Source: Spirochaetia bacterium (lineage in GTDB: Bacteria; Spirochaetota; Spirochaetia; SZUA-6; Bin103). Taken from it: a DNA stretch of 64,000 nucleotides. The notes below the pieces were generated by a model that worked only from the letters and a program-made list of their open reading frames with translations, had not been told where the DNA came from and ran no database searches. The position numbers and the translations under genes were made by a program. Below are positions 39,818-49,916 of the stretch, piece after piece (positions within the stretch are counted from its first letter, which is position 1; each line of letters starts with the position of its first letter). The DNA is taken from the NCBI GenBank assembly GCA_965203515.1, contig OZ241907.1, positions 64,001 through 128,000 of the forward strand, given 5' to 3'.

Positions 39818-41376
39818 ACGTTCCGTTCGACGACCTCCTCGCCTGGCTCCGGGCCTGGGCGTTGCCGCCGCTCATGGGAGCCGTGATCGGCTATGCCACC
39901 AACTTCGTAGCCATCCGCATGCTGTTCAGGCCGTTGCGGCAGAAGCGGCTCCTCGGCATCCCGGTGCCGTTCACGCCGGGGGTGATCCCGCGCCAGCGGC
40001 GCCAGCTCGCGCGCAGCATAGCCGGGGTGGTCGCGCGTGAGCTGCTCACCGCGGACGCGATCCGCGCCCATCTGCAGCGTCCCGACTTCGCCGCGGTCCT
40101 GCGCGAGCGGCTCGCGTCGCTCACCGATGAGCTGCTCGGTACGCCGGTACGAAAGCTGGCGAGCGTGGTTCAGGACGCGCGGCCGCAGATCGAGCGCGGG
40201 GTGGCCGCGCTGCTGCGCCGGCTGTTCGGCTCGCACGGCTTCATCTACGCGCTGCGGGGACTGGTCGGCCGCGCGGTGGAGGCCGCCGGCAGCCGCACGC
40301 TGGGTGAGGTGGCCGAAGATCTCACGCTGTCGGCCTTCGTCCGGCGCCTCATGCCCCGGCTGTCCGATGCCGAGGTGGGGCGACGGATCGGCCGCGCGGT
40401 CAACGACGCCGCCGCGCGGCCGGGGGCGTCGCTGGGCGACCTGCTGTCGCCGGCCGTGGCCGAGCGCATCGCCGGCCTGCTGCCGGCGGTCGTGCCGCCG
40501 CTGATGCGCGAGCTGATCGGCTGGCTGCGGCGGCCCGCCCTGCGCGGGGAGCTGGAGGTGCGCGGGCAGCTCCTGCTGCGCAACGCGCTCGACCGGCTCA
40601 ATCCGATGCAGAAGCTGTTCGTCGGCGCGGCCCAGTACGACCGCACGCTGCGCGAACGCATGCCGGAGATCGTCGATGACGGGTTGCGCCAACTGGAGGA
40701 GACCGCCGGCGACCCGGAGGTGGTCGAGCGTATGCAGGAAGCGCTGCGCGAGTGGCTCGACGCAGCCCGCGAACGGCCGCTGGCGGACCTGTTGCCCGAT
40801 TCGACCGAGCAACGCGTCGCCGATCTCTGGGGCCCCCTGGCGGCGGGGCCGCTCACCGTGATGGTCGACACCGTGGTGCGGCGGTTCCTGGAGGAGCACG
40901 GCGAGACGCCGGTCGCGGAGCTTGCCGCGCGCTACCTGGGCGTGTCGGTGAGCGACACGGTCGACGAGGTCTCGCAGCGGCTGCTGCGCTATCTCTCTGA
41001 CGAACGGACGGCGCGGTCGGTGGCATCGCAGGTGGCCGCCGCCATCGATCGGCTGGCCGAGTCGGGCGACCTTACCCTTGCGGAGCTGCTCGCCGTCGAC
41101 GACCGCGCCAAGGCCGCGCTGGACGGCGCGGTCGCCGACCGGGCCGAGCGGGTGCTCGTGCAGCAGGTCCCGGCCATGGTGGCCGCGCTCGACGTGGAGC
41201 GGCTCGTGATCGACCGCATCGACCGCCTGGAGGTGCGTGACGTGGAGCGTATCCTGCTGACCGTGATCGCCCGCCATCTGAAGTGGATCAACCTGTTCGG
41301 AGCGCTGCTCGGGTCGCTGATCGGCATCTCGCAGTTGGCTCTGCGCGGCGCCGGAGCTGCCGGCGCGGGCCTCTGA
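39814..41376 (+). CDS. DUF445 family membrane protein
   Basis: GAVIGYATNFVAIRMLFRP, PFTPGVIP, C-terminal LKWINLFGALLGSLIG. Confidence 0.85.
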   Translation: MNVPFDDLLAWLRAWALPPLMGAVIGYATNFVAIRMLFRPLRQKRLLGIPVPFTPGVIPRQRRQLARSIAGVVARELLTADAIRAHLQRPDFAAVLRERLASLTDELLGTPVRKLASVVQDARPQIERGVAALLRRLFGSHGFIYALRGLVGRAVEAAGSRTLGEVAEDLTLSAFVRRLMPRLSDAEVGRRIGRAVNDAAARPGASLGDLLSPAVAERIAGLLPAVVPPLMRELIGWLRRPALRGELEVRGQLLLRNALDRLNPMQKLFVGAAQYDRTLRERMPEIVDDGLRQLEETAGDPEVVERMQEALREWLDAARERPLADLLPDSTEQRVADLWGPLAAGPLTVMVDTVVRRFLEEHGETPVAELAARYLGVSVSDTVDEVSQRLLRYLSDERTARSVASQVAAAIDRLAESGDLTLAELLAVDDRAKAALDGAVADRAERVLVQQVPAMVAALDVERLVIDRIDRLEVRDVERILLTVIARHLKWINLFGALLGSLIGISQLALRGAGAAGAGL

Positions 41377-41388
41377 GCCGGTGTCGCG

Positions 41389-42390
41389 CTACTGCCCGGC
41401 GACCACGGCGGCGCGCGCGCGGATCCAGTCCGCCATGGCCGCCAGTCGGTTGCGCAGCGAGGCTTCCACCAGGTCCTCCAGGAACGGCACCTCCGGCGCC
41501 TGCGCGGCCACCAGTCCGTACAGCGCCAGCGGCTCGACGCCAGCGGCAGGATCGCCGGCAGCGGGATCGCCGGCAGCAGGATCGCCGGCAGCAGGATCGC
41601 CGGCAGCGGGATCGCCGGCAGCAGGATCGCCGGCAACGGGATCGCCGGCAACGGGATCGCCGGCAACGGGATCGCCGGGGTCGGCCGTTGCGGCCGCGGA
41701 CCGGCCGCCGGGGGTGATCAACAGCGCGATCAGCAACCGTCCGGGATCGATCAGCGGAAAGACCAGCAGGCTGAGGTCGAGCAGGTTGCTGACGATGAGC
41801 AGGATGGCGTCGTCCGCGGTGCGGTACTCGAGCCGGAACGGCGTGCTGCCGAACCGGGCGTCGTCCACGAGCGCGTATGCGACGTCATGGCCGTCGGGCG
41901 ACGGAGTCGGGTCCGCGATGGCGGCGCCGCTGCCGTCGATGGCGTGCGCGGTGTTGAACAGGACGCGCTCATCCCCGTGCCAGACCGAGAAGTATCGGAT
42001 ACCCTCCAGGGTGCTGATCGCGTGCAATGCGCCGTACAGGTCGGCGGTGGCGGCGCCGTGCAGCCGGATCTCGCCGCGGGTCTCGAACGCATGGCTCGGC
42101 ATCAGGGCGGAGAACCGTTCGTGCACCTCCCGTCCGAGCGCGGTGTCGGCCGGCATGCAGGCCAGGCCGTCGGCCACGCGCTGTACGGCCGGGAGCTCGC
42201 GTCCGTCGCCGGCCGCGCGCCCGGACGGCCGGCATGCCGGCGTCGCCTCCGCCCCGATCACGGCCGGCAGGAGGAGGACCGCCAGGAGCAGGAACGGCGC
42301 CGCCGCCTGCAGCGCGTATGGCGCGCGGCGGCGCGGGGGTCGGCGGTGCGCGCCGCGGTAGCGCTGGCCGGCGGCGGCACGGCCGGCCAC
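41389..42390 (-). CDS. Secreted hypothetical protein (resembles spirochete DUF6675-type proteins) with internal GDPAA repeat; start uncertain
   Basis: Signal-like FLLLAVLLLPAVIGA; ISTLEGIRYFS, DARFG, C-terminal SLRNRLAAMADW. Confidence 0.6.
   Translation of the reverse strand: MAGRAAAGQRYRGAHRRPPRRRAPYALQAAAPFLLLAVLLLPAVIGAEATPACRPSGRAAGDGRELPAVQRVADGLACMPADTALGREVHERFSALMPSHAFETRGEIRLHGAATADLYGALHAISTLEGIRYFSVWHGDERVLFNTAHAIDGSGAAIADPTPSPDGHDVAYALVDDARFGSTPFRLEYRTADDAILLIVSNLLDLSLLVFPLIDPGRLLIALLITPGGRSAAATADPGDPVAGDPVAGDPVAGDPAAGDPAAGDPAAGDPAAGDPAAGDPAAGVEPLALYGLVAAQAPEVPFLEDLVEASLRNRLAAMADWIRARAAVVAGQ
41549..41683. repeat. Nine tandem 15-bp units encoding GDP(A/V)A on the minus strand
   Basis: GGATCGCCGG recurs every 15 bp from 41549 to 41669. 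Confidence 0.95.
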
Positions 42391-43425
42391 GTCTATCCCG
42401 GCCTGGAGGTGGCGCGCGTGCTGCGGGAGCGCGGTCTGCGCGTCTTCTGGATCGGCACCCGCGGCGCTCTGGAGACTCGGCTGGTGCGCGCGGCCGGCAT
42501 CGAGTTCCATGCAGTTCCTGCCGGTAAGTTGCGACGATATGCCTCGATGCGCAACATCACCGACATCGGCCGTACCGGGGCGGGCGTGCTGGCGGCGGCG
42601 CGCATCCTGCGCCGTGAAGGTGCCTGCGTCCTGTTCGCCAAAGGCGGCTTCGCCAGCGTGCCGCCGGCGGCGGCAGCAGCGCTGCTCGGCATTCCGGTCG
42701 TCACGCATGAGTCGGACAGCACCGCCGGTCTGGCGACCAGGATCATCTCGCTGGTCGCCCGGCGGGTGCTGCTTTCCTGGCCGGCGGCGGCGGCCGGACT
42801 GCCGCTGCCGGCGCGCGCCCGGCTCACCGGTCTGCCCGTGCGGGCGACGCTGCGCGCCGGGGACCGGCGCCGCGGGCGGGCGATGCTGGGCGCCGGGGAC
42901 GGGACGCGGGTCATGCTGGTACTGGGGGGCAGCCTGGGAGCCGAAACGCTGAATCGCATGGTGCGCGAAGCCAAGGCCGGACTGACCCGTGACTGGATGG
43001 TGGTCCACCAGACCGGCAGCCACCGCGGCGCGCAAGCCGTCGACGAGCGGCGCTATCGGGCGCGGGCCTACTTCGACGACGAGTTCCCCGACCTGCTGGC
43101 AGCGGCGGACCTGGCGGTGAGCCGGGCCGGCGCGACCACCCTGGCGGAGTTCGCCGCGACCGGCACCGCCGCCGTGCTGGTGCCGCTGCCGCGCACCACC
43201 AGCCGCGGCGAGCAGCTCGTCAACGCTCGCCTGGTAGCCGCCGCCGGCGCTGCGCTGGTGCTGCCGCCGGGAGCGCAGACCGGAGCCCGGCTGTTGCGCT
43301 GCGCAAGAACGTTGACCGACGATCGGCTCCGCGCGCGGATGGCCGCGGCGGTCCGGTCCCTGGATCGCCCCCACGCCACCGGCGAAGCGGTGCGGCACAC
43401 GTTGCGCGCGGGACGGCTGGAATGA
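42346..43425 (+). CDS. murG: MurG N-acetylglucosamine transferase
   Basis: AGGGTAGHVYPG, GKLRRY, KGGFASVP, HESD, LGGSLGA, SRAGATT. Confidence 0.93.
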   Translation: MRAAVALAGGGTAGHVYPGLEVARVLRERGLRVFWIGTRGALETRLVRAAGIEFHAVPAGKLRRYASMRNITDIGRTGAGVLAAARILRREGACVLFAKGGFASVPPAAAAALLGIPVVTHESDSTAGLATRIISLVARRVLLSWPAAAAGLPLPARARLTGLPVRATLRAGDRRRGRAMLGAGDGTRVMLVLGGSLGAETLNRMVREAKAGLTRDWMVVHQTGSHRGAQAVDERRYRARAYFDDEFPDLLAAADLAVSRAGATTLAEFAATGTAAVLVPLPRTTSRGEQLVNARLVAAAGAALVLPPGAQTGARLLRCARTLTDDRLRARMAAAVRSLDRPHATGEAVRHTLRAGRLE

Positions 43426-43461
43426 CGGGATGACCAAGGTGTTTGGGATGGCGGTGACGGA

Positions 43462-44019
43462 ATGACGGAATTCTCGGAAGGTCTGCTCGACCGGGTGCCG
43501 GGAATCGTGGATCGCGTGGCCGTGGTGCTGGAGCAGCTCGGCGCCCTCGACGTGGTGATCATCCTGATCGCCCTGATCCTGACGGTGCGCGCCGGCATCC
43601 GCGGCTTCGTGGCGGAGGCGTTCGGCGTTGCCGCGATCGTCGCCGGTATCGCCGTGGCCGCCGTGCTGGTGGTGCCGGCAAGCGCCTACGTCGACGCCGC
43701 CGTCGGCAGCGACTCGTTCTGGAACCGGATCATCGCCTTCCTGGCGCTCTTCCTGGCGACCTACTTGGCGTTCAAGCTGGTGGAGCACGTCATGCGGGGC
43801 CTGTCGCGCACCCTGCGCCTGCAGCAGCTCGATCACGTCTTCGGGTTGGCGCTCGGCGTCGTCGAAGGGGCGGTCATCGGCGCCGTCATGATCGCCGGCC
43901 TGCACGCCCAGCCGTGGTTCGAGGTCGCCGCGGTCCTGGACGCGAGCGTGGCCGCGCAGATGGCCGAGCAGTACCTGGGGATCGGCCCGCCTGCCGCCGG
44001 GAGCCCGGTCGATGTTTGA
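43462..44019 (+). CDS. cvpA: CvpA family membrane protein
   Basis: LDVVII...RGFVAE, four TM segments, LDHVFG.ALG.VEG. Confidence 0.85.
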   Translation: MTEFSEGLLDRVPGIVDRVAVVLEQLGALDVVIILIALILTVRAGIRGFVAEAFGVAAIVAGIAVAAVLVVPASAYVDAAVGSDSFWNRIIAFLALFLATYLAFKLVEHVMRGLSRTLRLQQLDHVFGLALGVVEGAVIGAVMIAGLHAQPWFEVAAVLDASVAAQMAEQYLGIGPPAAGSPVDV

Positions 44020-45220
44020 CGACCTCATCGGCCACGCCGTCACCGCCACGCGCCTGCGCGAGGCGGTGCGGGAGGGGTCGCTCGCGCCGGCCGTCCTCTT
44101 CGAGGGGCCGCCGGCGGCCGGCAAGCTGTCCGCCGCCCTGGAGCTGGCCCGCGCGCTGAACTGCAAGGTCGGCGCGCCGTCGGACTGCCGTTGCGCTTCG
44201 TGCGGCAGCCACCGGGCGCTGCTGGACCCGCACGTGTTGCTGCTGGGCGGCCGCGACTTCGCTGCCGGGATCGCCGCCGCGTCGGCAGCGCTCCGTCGGT
44301 CCGACACGCCGGCGTCCCGCGAGCTGTTCGTGCGCTCGGTGCGTACCCTGACCCGCCGATTCGACGACCTGCTCTGGACCGGGTCCGAACCTCGACGGCG
44401 GCGGCTGCGGTCCCGCGTGGCCGACCTGGAGGAGCGGCTGGAACGGTCGCGCACCGCCGGCGCGGCGGCTGCCGCGGCCGAGCTGGCGCGCGCCGCGAAC
44501 CTGGAGGCGGTATCGGTGAACGCGGTGCGCGCCGTCGAGACCTGGGCGCGGGTGGCGACCCCCGGCGTCAAGGTGATCATCGTGGAGGTGCGGCGCTGGC
44601 TGCCGGAGCCGGCATCCAACGCGCTGCTGCGCACGGTCGAAGAGCCGCCCCGGCGCACCCACTTCATCTTTACCGCGCCCTCGTCGCAGGCGCTCATCCC
44701 GACCCTGCTGTCGCGTCTGGCCCGCTATCGGTTCGGCGAGCGGAGTCCGGCCGATCAGCGCCGCGTGATCGCCGAGGTGTTCGGCGACCCGCAGGCCGCC
44801 GCAGTCACGGTAGCCGACTACCTCACCGGCCAGATCACCGGCCGGGAGGCGGCCGCCGCGTCCGCCGGCCGGTCCGCCGCCAGCGCCGGCGCCGGCGCTG
44901 GCGCCGACGATCTGCGGCACGCGGCGGCGCGGTTCTGCGCTACCGTGCTGGCGGGCGGCGGCCCGGATGACGCCGGCTCCGTACCGGCGGCCGACCGCGA
45001 CGCGGGGTTCGCGTTCCTGCATGCATGCTCCGAGCACCTGCGAACCCTGCTCAGGTCTCCCGGGCGCGCCGTCGGGGTGCAGCGCATCGAGCGCTGGTAC
45101 CGCTTTCTCGACGACGCTGCATGGAGGGTGAAGACCATGAACATGAGCGCGGAGGCGACCATCACCGACATCGCGCGCAGCATGGCCGCCGGCGGCGAGC
45201 CGCCGATGAGACGCTGGTGA
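44012..45220 (+). CDS. DNA polymerase III delta-prime-like (HolB-like) protein
   Basis: MFDDLIGH, LFEGPPAAGKLSAALELA, zinc cluster CxxxxxxxCxCxxC, NALLRTVEEPP, PTLLSR. Confidence 0.75.
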   Translation: MFDDLIGHAVTATRLREAVREGSLAPAVLFEGPPAAGKLSAALELARALNCKVGAPSDCRCASCGSHRALLDPHVLLLGGRDFAAGIAAASAALRRSDTPASRELFVRSVRTLTRRFDDLLWTGSEPRRRRLRSRVADLEERLERSRTAGAAAAAAELARAANLEAVSVNAVRAVETWARVATPGVKVIIVEVRRWLPEPASNALLRTVEEPPRRTHFIFTAPSSQALIPTLLSRLARYRFGERSPADQRRVIAEVFGDPQAAAVTVADYLTGQITGREAAAASAGRSAASAGAGAGADDLRHAAARFCATVLAGGGPDDAGSVPAADRDAGFAFLHACSEHLRTLLRSPGRAVGVQRIERWYRFLDDAAWRVKTMNMSAEATITDIARSMAAGGEPPMRRW

Positions 45221-46376
45221 GCCGGTTCTATCAGAAGGCGATCGAACGGCTCGATCGCATCGACCCGATGCAGGCCGGCACGCTGCTGCGCGGTCTGGCG
45301 GCGGAAAACGATCTGTTGGCCATGGTGCTGGAGTCGATGACCGACGGCATCATCGTCCTGGACGAAGCGCACGGCGTCCGCCTGGTCAACAAGGCTGCCG
45401 AGCGTCTGCTGCCGTTCGCGGCCGACGAGCTGACCGGCCGCCCGGTCTGGCAGGTGATCGACGACGAACAGGTGGCCGCGTTCCTGCGTGACACGCTCAT
45501 CGGTTCCGACCGGGTTCTGGACGGCGAGTTCACCCTGGAGGGGGCGCATGCCGCGACGCTGGAGATCACCATCGTGCCGCTGGTGCGCGATCGGCATATC
45601 GAGGGCAGCCTGGTGCACGTGGACGACATCACCGAGCGCCGCTCGGAGGAGGCGCGGCTGCGCCGGGCGGAGAGCCTGGCGTCCATGACCACGCTCGCCG
45701 CCGGCGTCGCGCACGAGATACGCAACCCTCTCACCTCGATGAGCATCCATCTGCAGCTCATCCAGCGCGCCCTGCGCGGCAGCGAGACGGTGGCGGCCGA
45801 GATCGACGAGAGCCTGCGCACGATGACGGCGGAGATTCAGCGGCTCAACAAGATCGTGGTCGACTTTCTGTTCGCGGTGCGGCCGATGAACTCGGAGCTG
45901 CGCGAGGGCGACATCAATGACGTGCTGCGCCCCCTGCTGGCGTTCCTGCGCCCGGAGCTGAGCGCGAGCGGCATCGAGGTGGTCGAGAAGCTGGCGGCGC
46001 GGCTGCCGCCGGCACAGATCGACGAACGCCTGCTGCGCGAGGCGCTGCTGAACATCGTCAAGAACGCCCAGGCAGCGATGGCAGCGGGCGGCACGCTGGC
46101 GGTCGGCACCGTCCTGGAGGGCGAGCGCATCCGCATCACCGTGCGGGATACCGGCACCGGCATACCCGACGACATCGCCGACAAGATATTCGAGCCGTAC
46201 TTCACGACTCGGGACTTCGGTTCCGGGCTCGGCCTGACGCTCACCTACAAGATCATCAAGGAGCACGCCGGCGATGTCGAAGTCTCTTCCAAGCCGGGGG
46301 TCGGAACCACCTTGCGCGTCAGCATTCCGGTCTCCCCCCGCGCGCGGCGTATGCTCGAATATCAGGCGGTAGCGGG

Positions 46377-46380
<4 letters not shown>
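45217..46380 (+). CDS. Cytoplasmic PAS histidine kinase (Hk2/NtrB-like)
   Basis: PAS (ESMTDGIIVLD..VN.AAE), H-box AHEIRNPL, N/G/F boxes NIVKNA, DTGTGI, FEPYFTT, GSGLGL. Confidence 0.92.
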
Positions 46381-47741
<1,361 letters not shown>

Positions 47742-47790
47742 CGCCCGCCGACCCAGACCGCCCGCAGCCCGGCCGCCCTCAGCCCGGCGG

Positions 47791-48198
47791 CTACGAGGCG
47801 CGGGATGCCGCGCGGATACGGTTGAAGGAGGCGTTGAGCTTTGCGGAGATCTCGGTGGCGACCCGCTGCCGTTCGGGATCGTCCGCGTACCGGTCGGGAT
47901 GGTAGGTGCGCATGAGGCGCCGGTACGCCCGCTTGACGGTCTCGAAGTCGGCTCCCGGCTCCAGTTCCAGGTTGCGATAGTCCTGCGCCGCCGCGGTCGA
48001 ACTCGCGTCGGCCCCGGCAGCTCCGCCGGCGGACCCGGAGTCCGCGGACCGGTCACGCGACTCCCCGGTGCGCAGGTACTCCTCGAGCTCCTCCCACGCC
48101 TCCGAATAGAACCGGTCGGTCCGCCGCCGGTCCGGCTCGGCGTCGGGCTTGAGCAGTGTCTTGATGACCCGCTCGACGCGGGCGAAGAACGCGTCCAC
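47791..48198 (-). CDS. J-domain (DnaJ-like) protein
   Basis: C-terminal J domain YRNLEL...VKRAYRRL..YHPD. GTG start 48198 preferred (alternative 48237). Confidence 0.85.
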   Translation of the reverse strand: MDAFFARVERVIKTLLKPDAEPDRRRTDRFYSEAWEELEEYLRTGESRDRSADSGSAGGAAGADASSTAAAQDYRNLELEPGADFETVKRAYRRLMRTYHPDRYADDPERQRVATEISAKLNASFNRIRAASRAS

Positions 48199-48257
48199 TC
48201 CGGCGGCGATCCTATCCGCGCCCGCGCCGGGGGGCAACGGCGGCGGCCGGCAGCATG

Positions 48258-48287
48258 AAAAAGCCCGCTCCCCCGCAGGGAGCGGGC
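48258..48287 (-). terminator. Rho-independent terminator of groES
   Basis: GCCCGCTCCC-CCGCA-GGGAGCGGGC stem-loop followed by TTTTT on the minus strand. Confidence 0.85.
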
Positions 48288-48309
48288 CGGTGCGTGCGCA
48301 AGGCGCGCG

Positions 48310-48573
48310 CTAGGCGACGACCGCCAGCACGTCGGCGGCTTTGATGATGAGTTGCTCCTCACCCTCCACCTTGATCGTGGTCCCCGCGTACTTGTCGTAG
48401 ATGATCTTGTCGTCCACCTTGACCTTGATCTCGTCGTCGTCGCCGATCGCCAGCACGACCCCTTCCTGGGTCTTCTCCTGGGCGGTCTGGGGAATGTAGA
48501 TACCGCCCGCGGTCTGCGTCTCCGCGTCGACAGTCGAGACCAGAATTCTGTCGCCGATGGGCTGAATCTTCAT
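48310..48573 (-). CDS. groES: Co-chaperonin GroES
   Basis: MKIQPIGDRILV, TAGGIYIP.TAQEK, YDKYAGT. Confidence 0.96.
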   Translation of the reverse strand: MKIQPIGDRILVSTVDAETQTAGGIYIPQTAQEKTQEGVVLAIGDDDEIKVKVDDKIIYDKYAGTTIKVEGEEQLIIKAADVLAVVA

Positions 48574-48646
48574 TGAGCTTCCTCGCTGTTTGGATGAGAG
48601 TGTAGCGTCGGCCGAAGCCGTTTGACGCTTTGTTTGATTGTCGCTG

Positions 48647-48675
48647 AATATACGGCCGGCCGGCGGGGGCGTCAA
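48647..48675 (-). promoter_or_regulatory. Sigma70-type promoter of groES
   Basis: Minus strand TTGACG-N17-TATATT. Confidence 0.75.
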
Positions 48676-48852
48676 GACCGAACGAGATTCGGAGCGCGCG
48701 GCGCCGAGTCGGGTAAATCTGACCCGGATTGATGCCGATAATGGGGCGTCCGGGTCATTGTGACCCACTGCCATGGCGCCACAGCGCCGGCGATCACGAC
48801 TAAAGTACAGCAACCGTAAAGAGATACCGGCTATGGCCCGGCGTCTCCAAGG

Positions 48853-48868
48853 TGGCACGCATCTTGCT
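48853..48868 (+). promoter_or_regulatory. Sigma54 (-24/-12) promoter upstream of RpoS-like sigma gene
   Basis: TGGCACGCATCTTGCT equals consensus TGGCACG-N4-TTGCW with GG-N10-GC spacing; ends 30 bp before the ATG at 48899. Confidence 0.85.
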
Positions 48869-48898
48869 ACCTGTCTTTGCAAGAAGGAAGAAGAAGCT

Positions 48899-49744
48899 AT
48901 GGCAAGGGAAACATCCAGCGACGACAGCGTACTCGCGCGGTACCTGCGCGAGATCAACCGCATTCCGCTGCTCACCAGGGAACAGGAGGAGCGCTTGGCC
49001 CGCAAGGCGGCGGCCGGCGACACCGGCGCCAAGGAGGATCTGGCGCGCGCCAACCTCCGGTTCGTGGTCAACGTCGCCAAACGGTATCAGAATCAGGGGC
49101 TGCCGCTTCTGGACCTGATCAGCGAAGGGAACATCGGGCTGCTGCACGCCATCGAACGCTTTGACGTGGAGAAGGGCTACCATTTCATTTCGTACGCCGT
49201 GTGGTGGATCAAGCAGGCGATCCTGAAGGCGGTGTGCGAGCAGTCCCGGCTGATCCGCCTGCCGCTGAACCGCGCCAACGAGTTGGTGCAGATCGACCGT
49301 GCGCGCAAGGAGTTGCAGAGCGAGACCGGCAAGGAGGGCACCGCCGGGCAGGTCGCCCAACGGCTGCAGCTCAAGCCGGAGTTGGTCGAGGAGCTGACCT
49401 TGATCTCCCGCGAGCTGGTCTCGCTCGACGCGCCGATGTACGCCGATTCCGAATCGGCCAACCGGTCGGAGTTCGTGGAGGACCGGAAGGGAGAGGCGTC
49501 GGACGAAAGCGCCCTGATGCGGTCGCTCCGCGAGGACATCGCCACCGTGCTCCGCTCGCTCACCAGCCGCGAGGCGGACATCATCAAGCATCGGTTCGGG
49601 CTTGAGGGGCGCCGTCCGCTCTCCCTGAAGGAGATCGGGCTGCGCTACCATCTGACCAAGGAACGCATCCGCCAGATCGAGAAGAAGGCGCTGCGCCGGC
49701 TGCGCCACCCGTCGCGGGCGCAGTACCTGGAGGCGTACGTATAG
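48899..49744 (+). CDS. Group 2 sigma70-family factor (RpoS-like; lacks region 1.1)
   Basis: YLREI.RIPLL, NLRFVVNVAKRY, DLISEGNIGL, FISYAVWWIKQAI, LTKERIRQIE; 281 aa. Confidence 0.9.
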   Translation: MARETSSDDSVLARYLREINRIPLLTREQEERLARKAAAGDTGAKEDLARANLRFVVNVAKRYQNQGLPLLDLISEGNIGLLHAIERFDVEKGYHFISYAVWWIKQAILKAVCEQSRLIRLPLNRANELVQIDRARKELQSETGKEGTAGQVAQRLQLKPELVEELTLISRELVSLDAPMYADSESANRSEFVEDRKGEASDESALMRSLREDIATVLRSLTSREADIIKHRFGLEGRRPLSLKEIGLRYHLTKERIRQIEKKALRRLRHPSRAQYLEAYV

Positions 49745-49916
49745 CAGAACGCCGCGGGCGCCGGCCCCACCGGCCCACCCGGCCCATCCCCTCCCCTTGG
49801 ACCGGAAACCGGTGTCCCGGCGCCGGCGGCGCCGTTGGCCGGCCCTTGGGCATTGACAGCGTGCGGCTTGGCCTTTCTCCTACGGGCCAGGACGGTCACA
49901 GGACGGGAGGGCACGC

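Noticed and set aside
42391..44697. N-terminal ~770 aa of the 1102-aa minus-strand ORF
   Set aside because: Antisense to murG, cvpA and the holB-like gene; only the 3' third looks like a real protein.
48580..48615. CIRCE element before groES
   Set aside because: Only a partial half-site-like sequence; the TTAGCACTC-N9-GAGTGCTAA palindrome is absent.
49853..49885. Sigma70 promoter for ppdK
   Set aside because: TTGACA is present at 49853 but there is no convincing -10 at the correct spacing.
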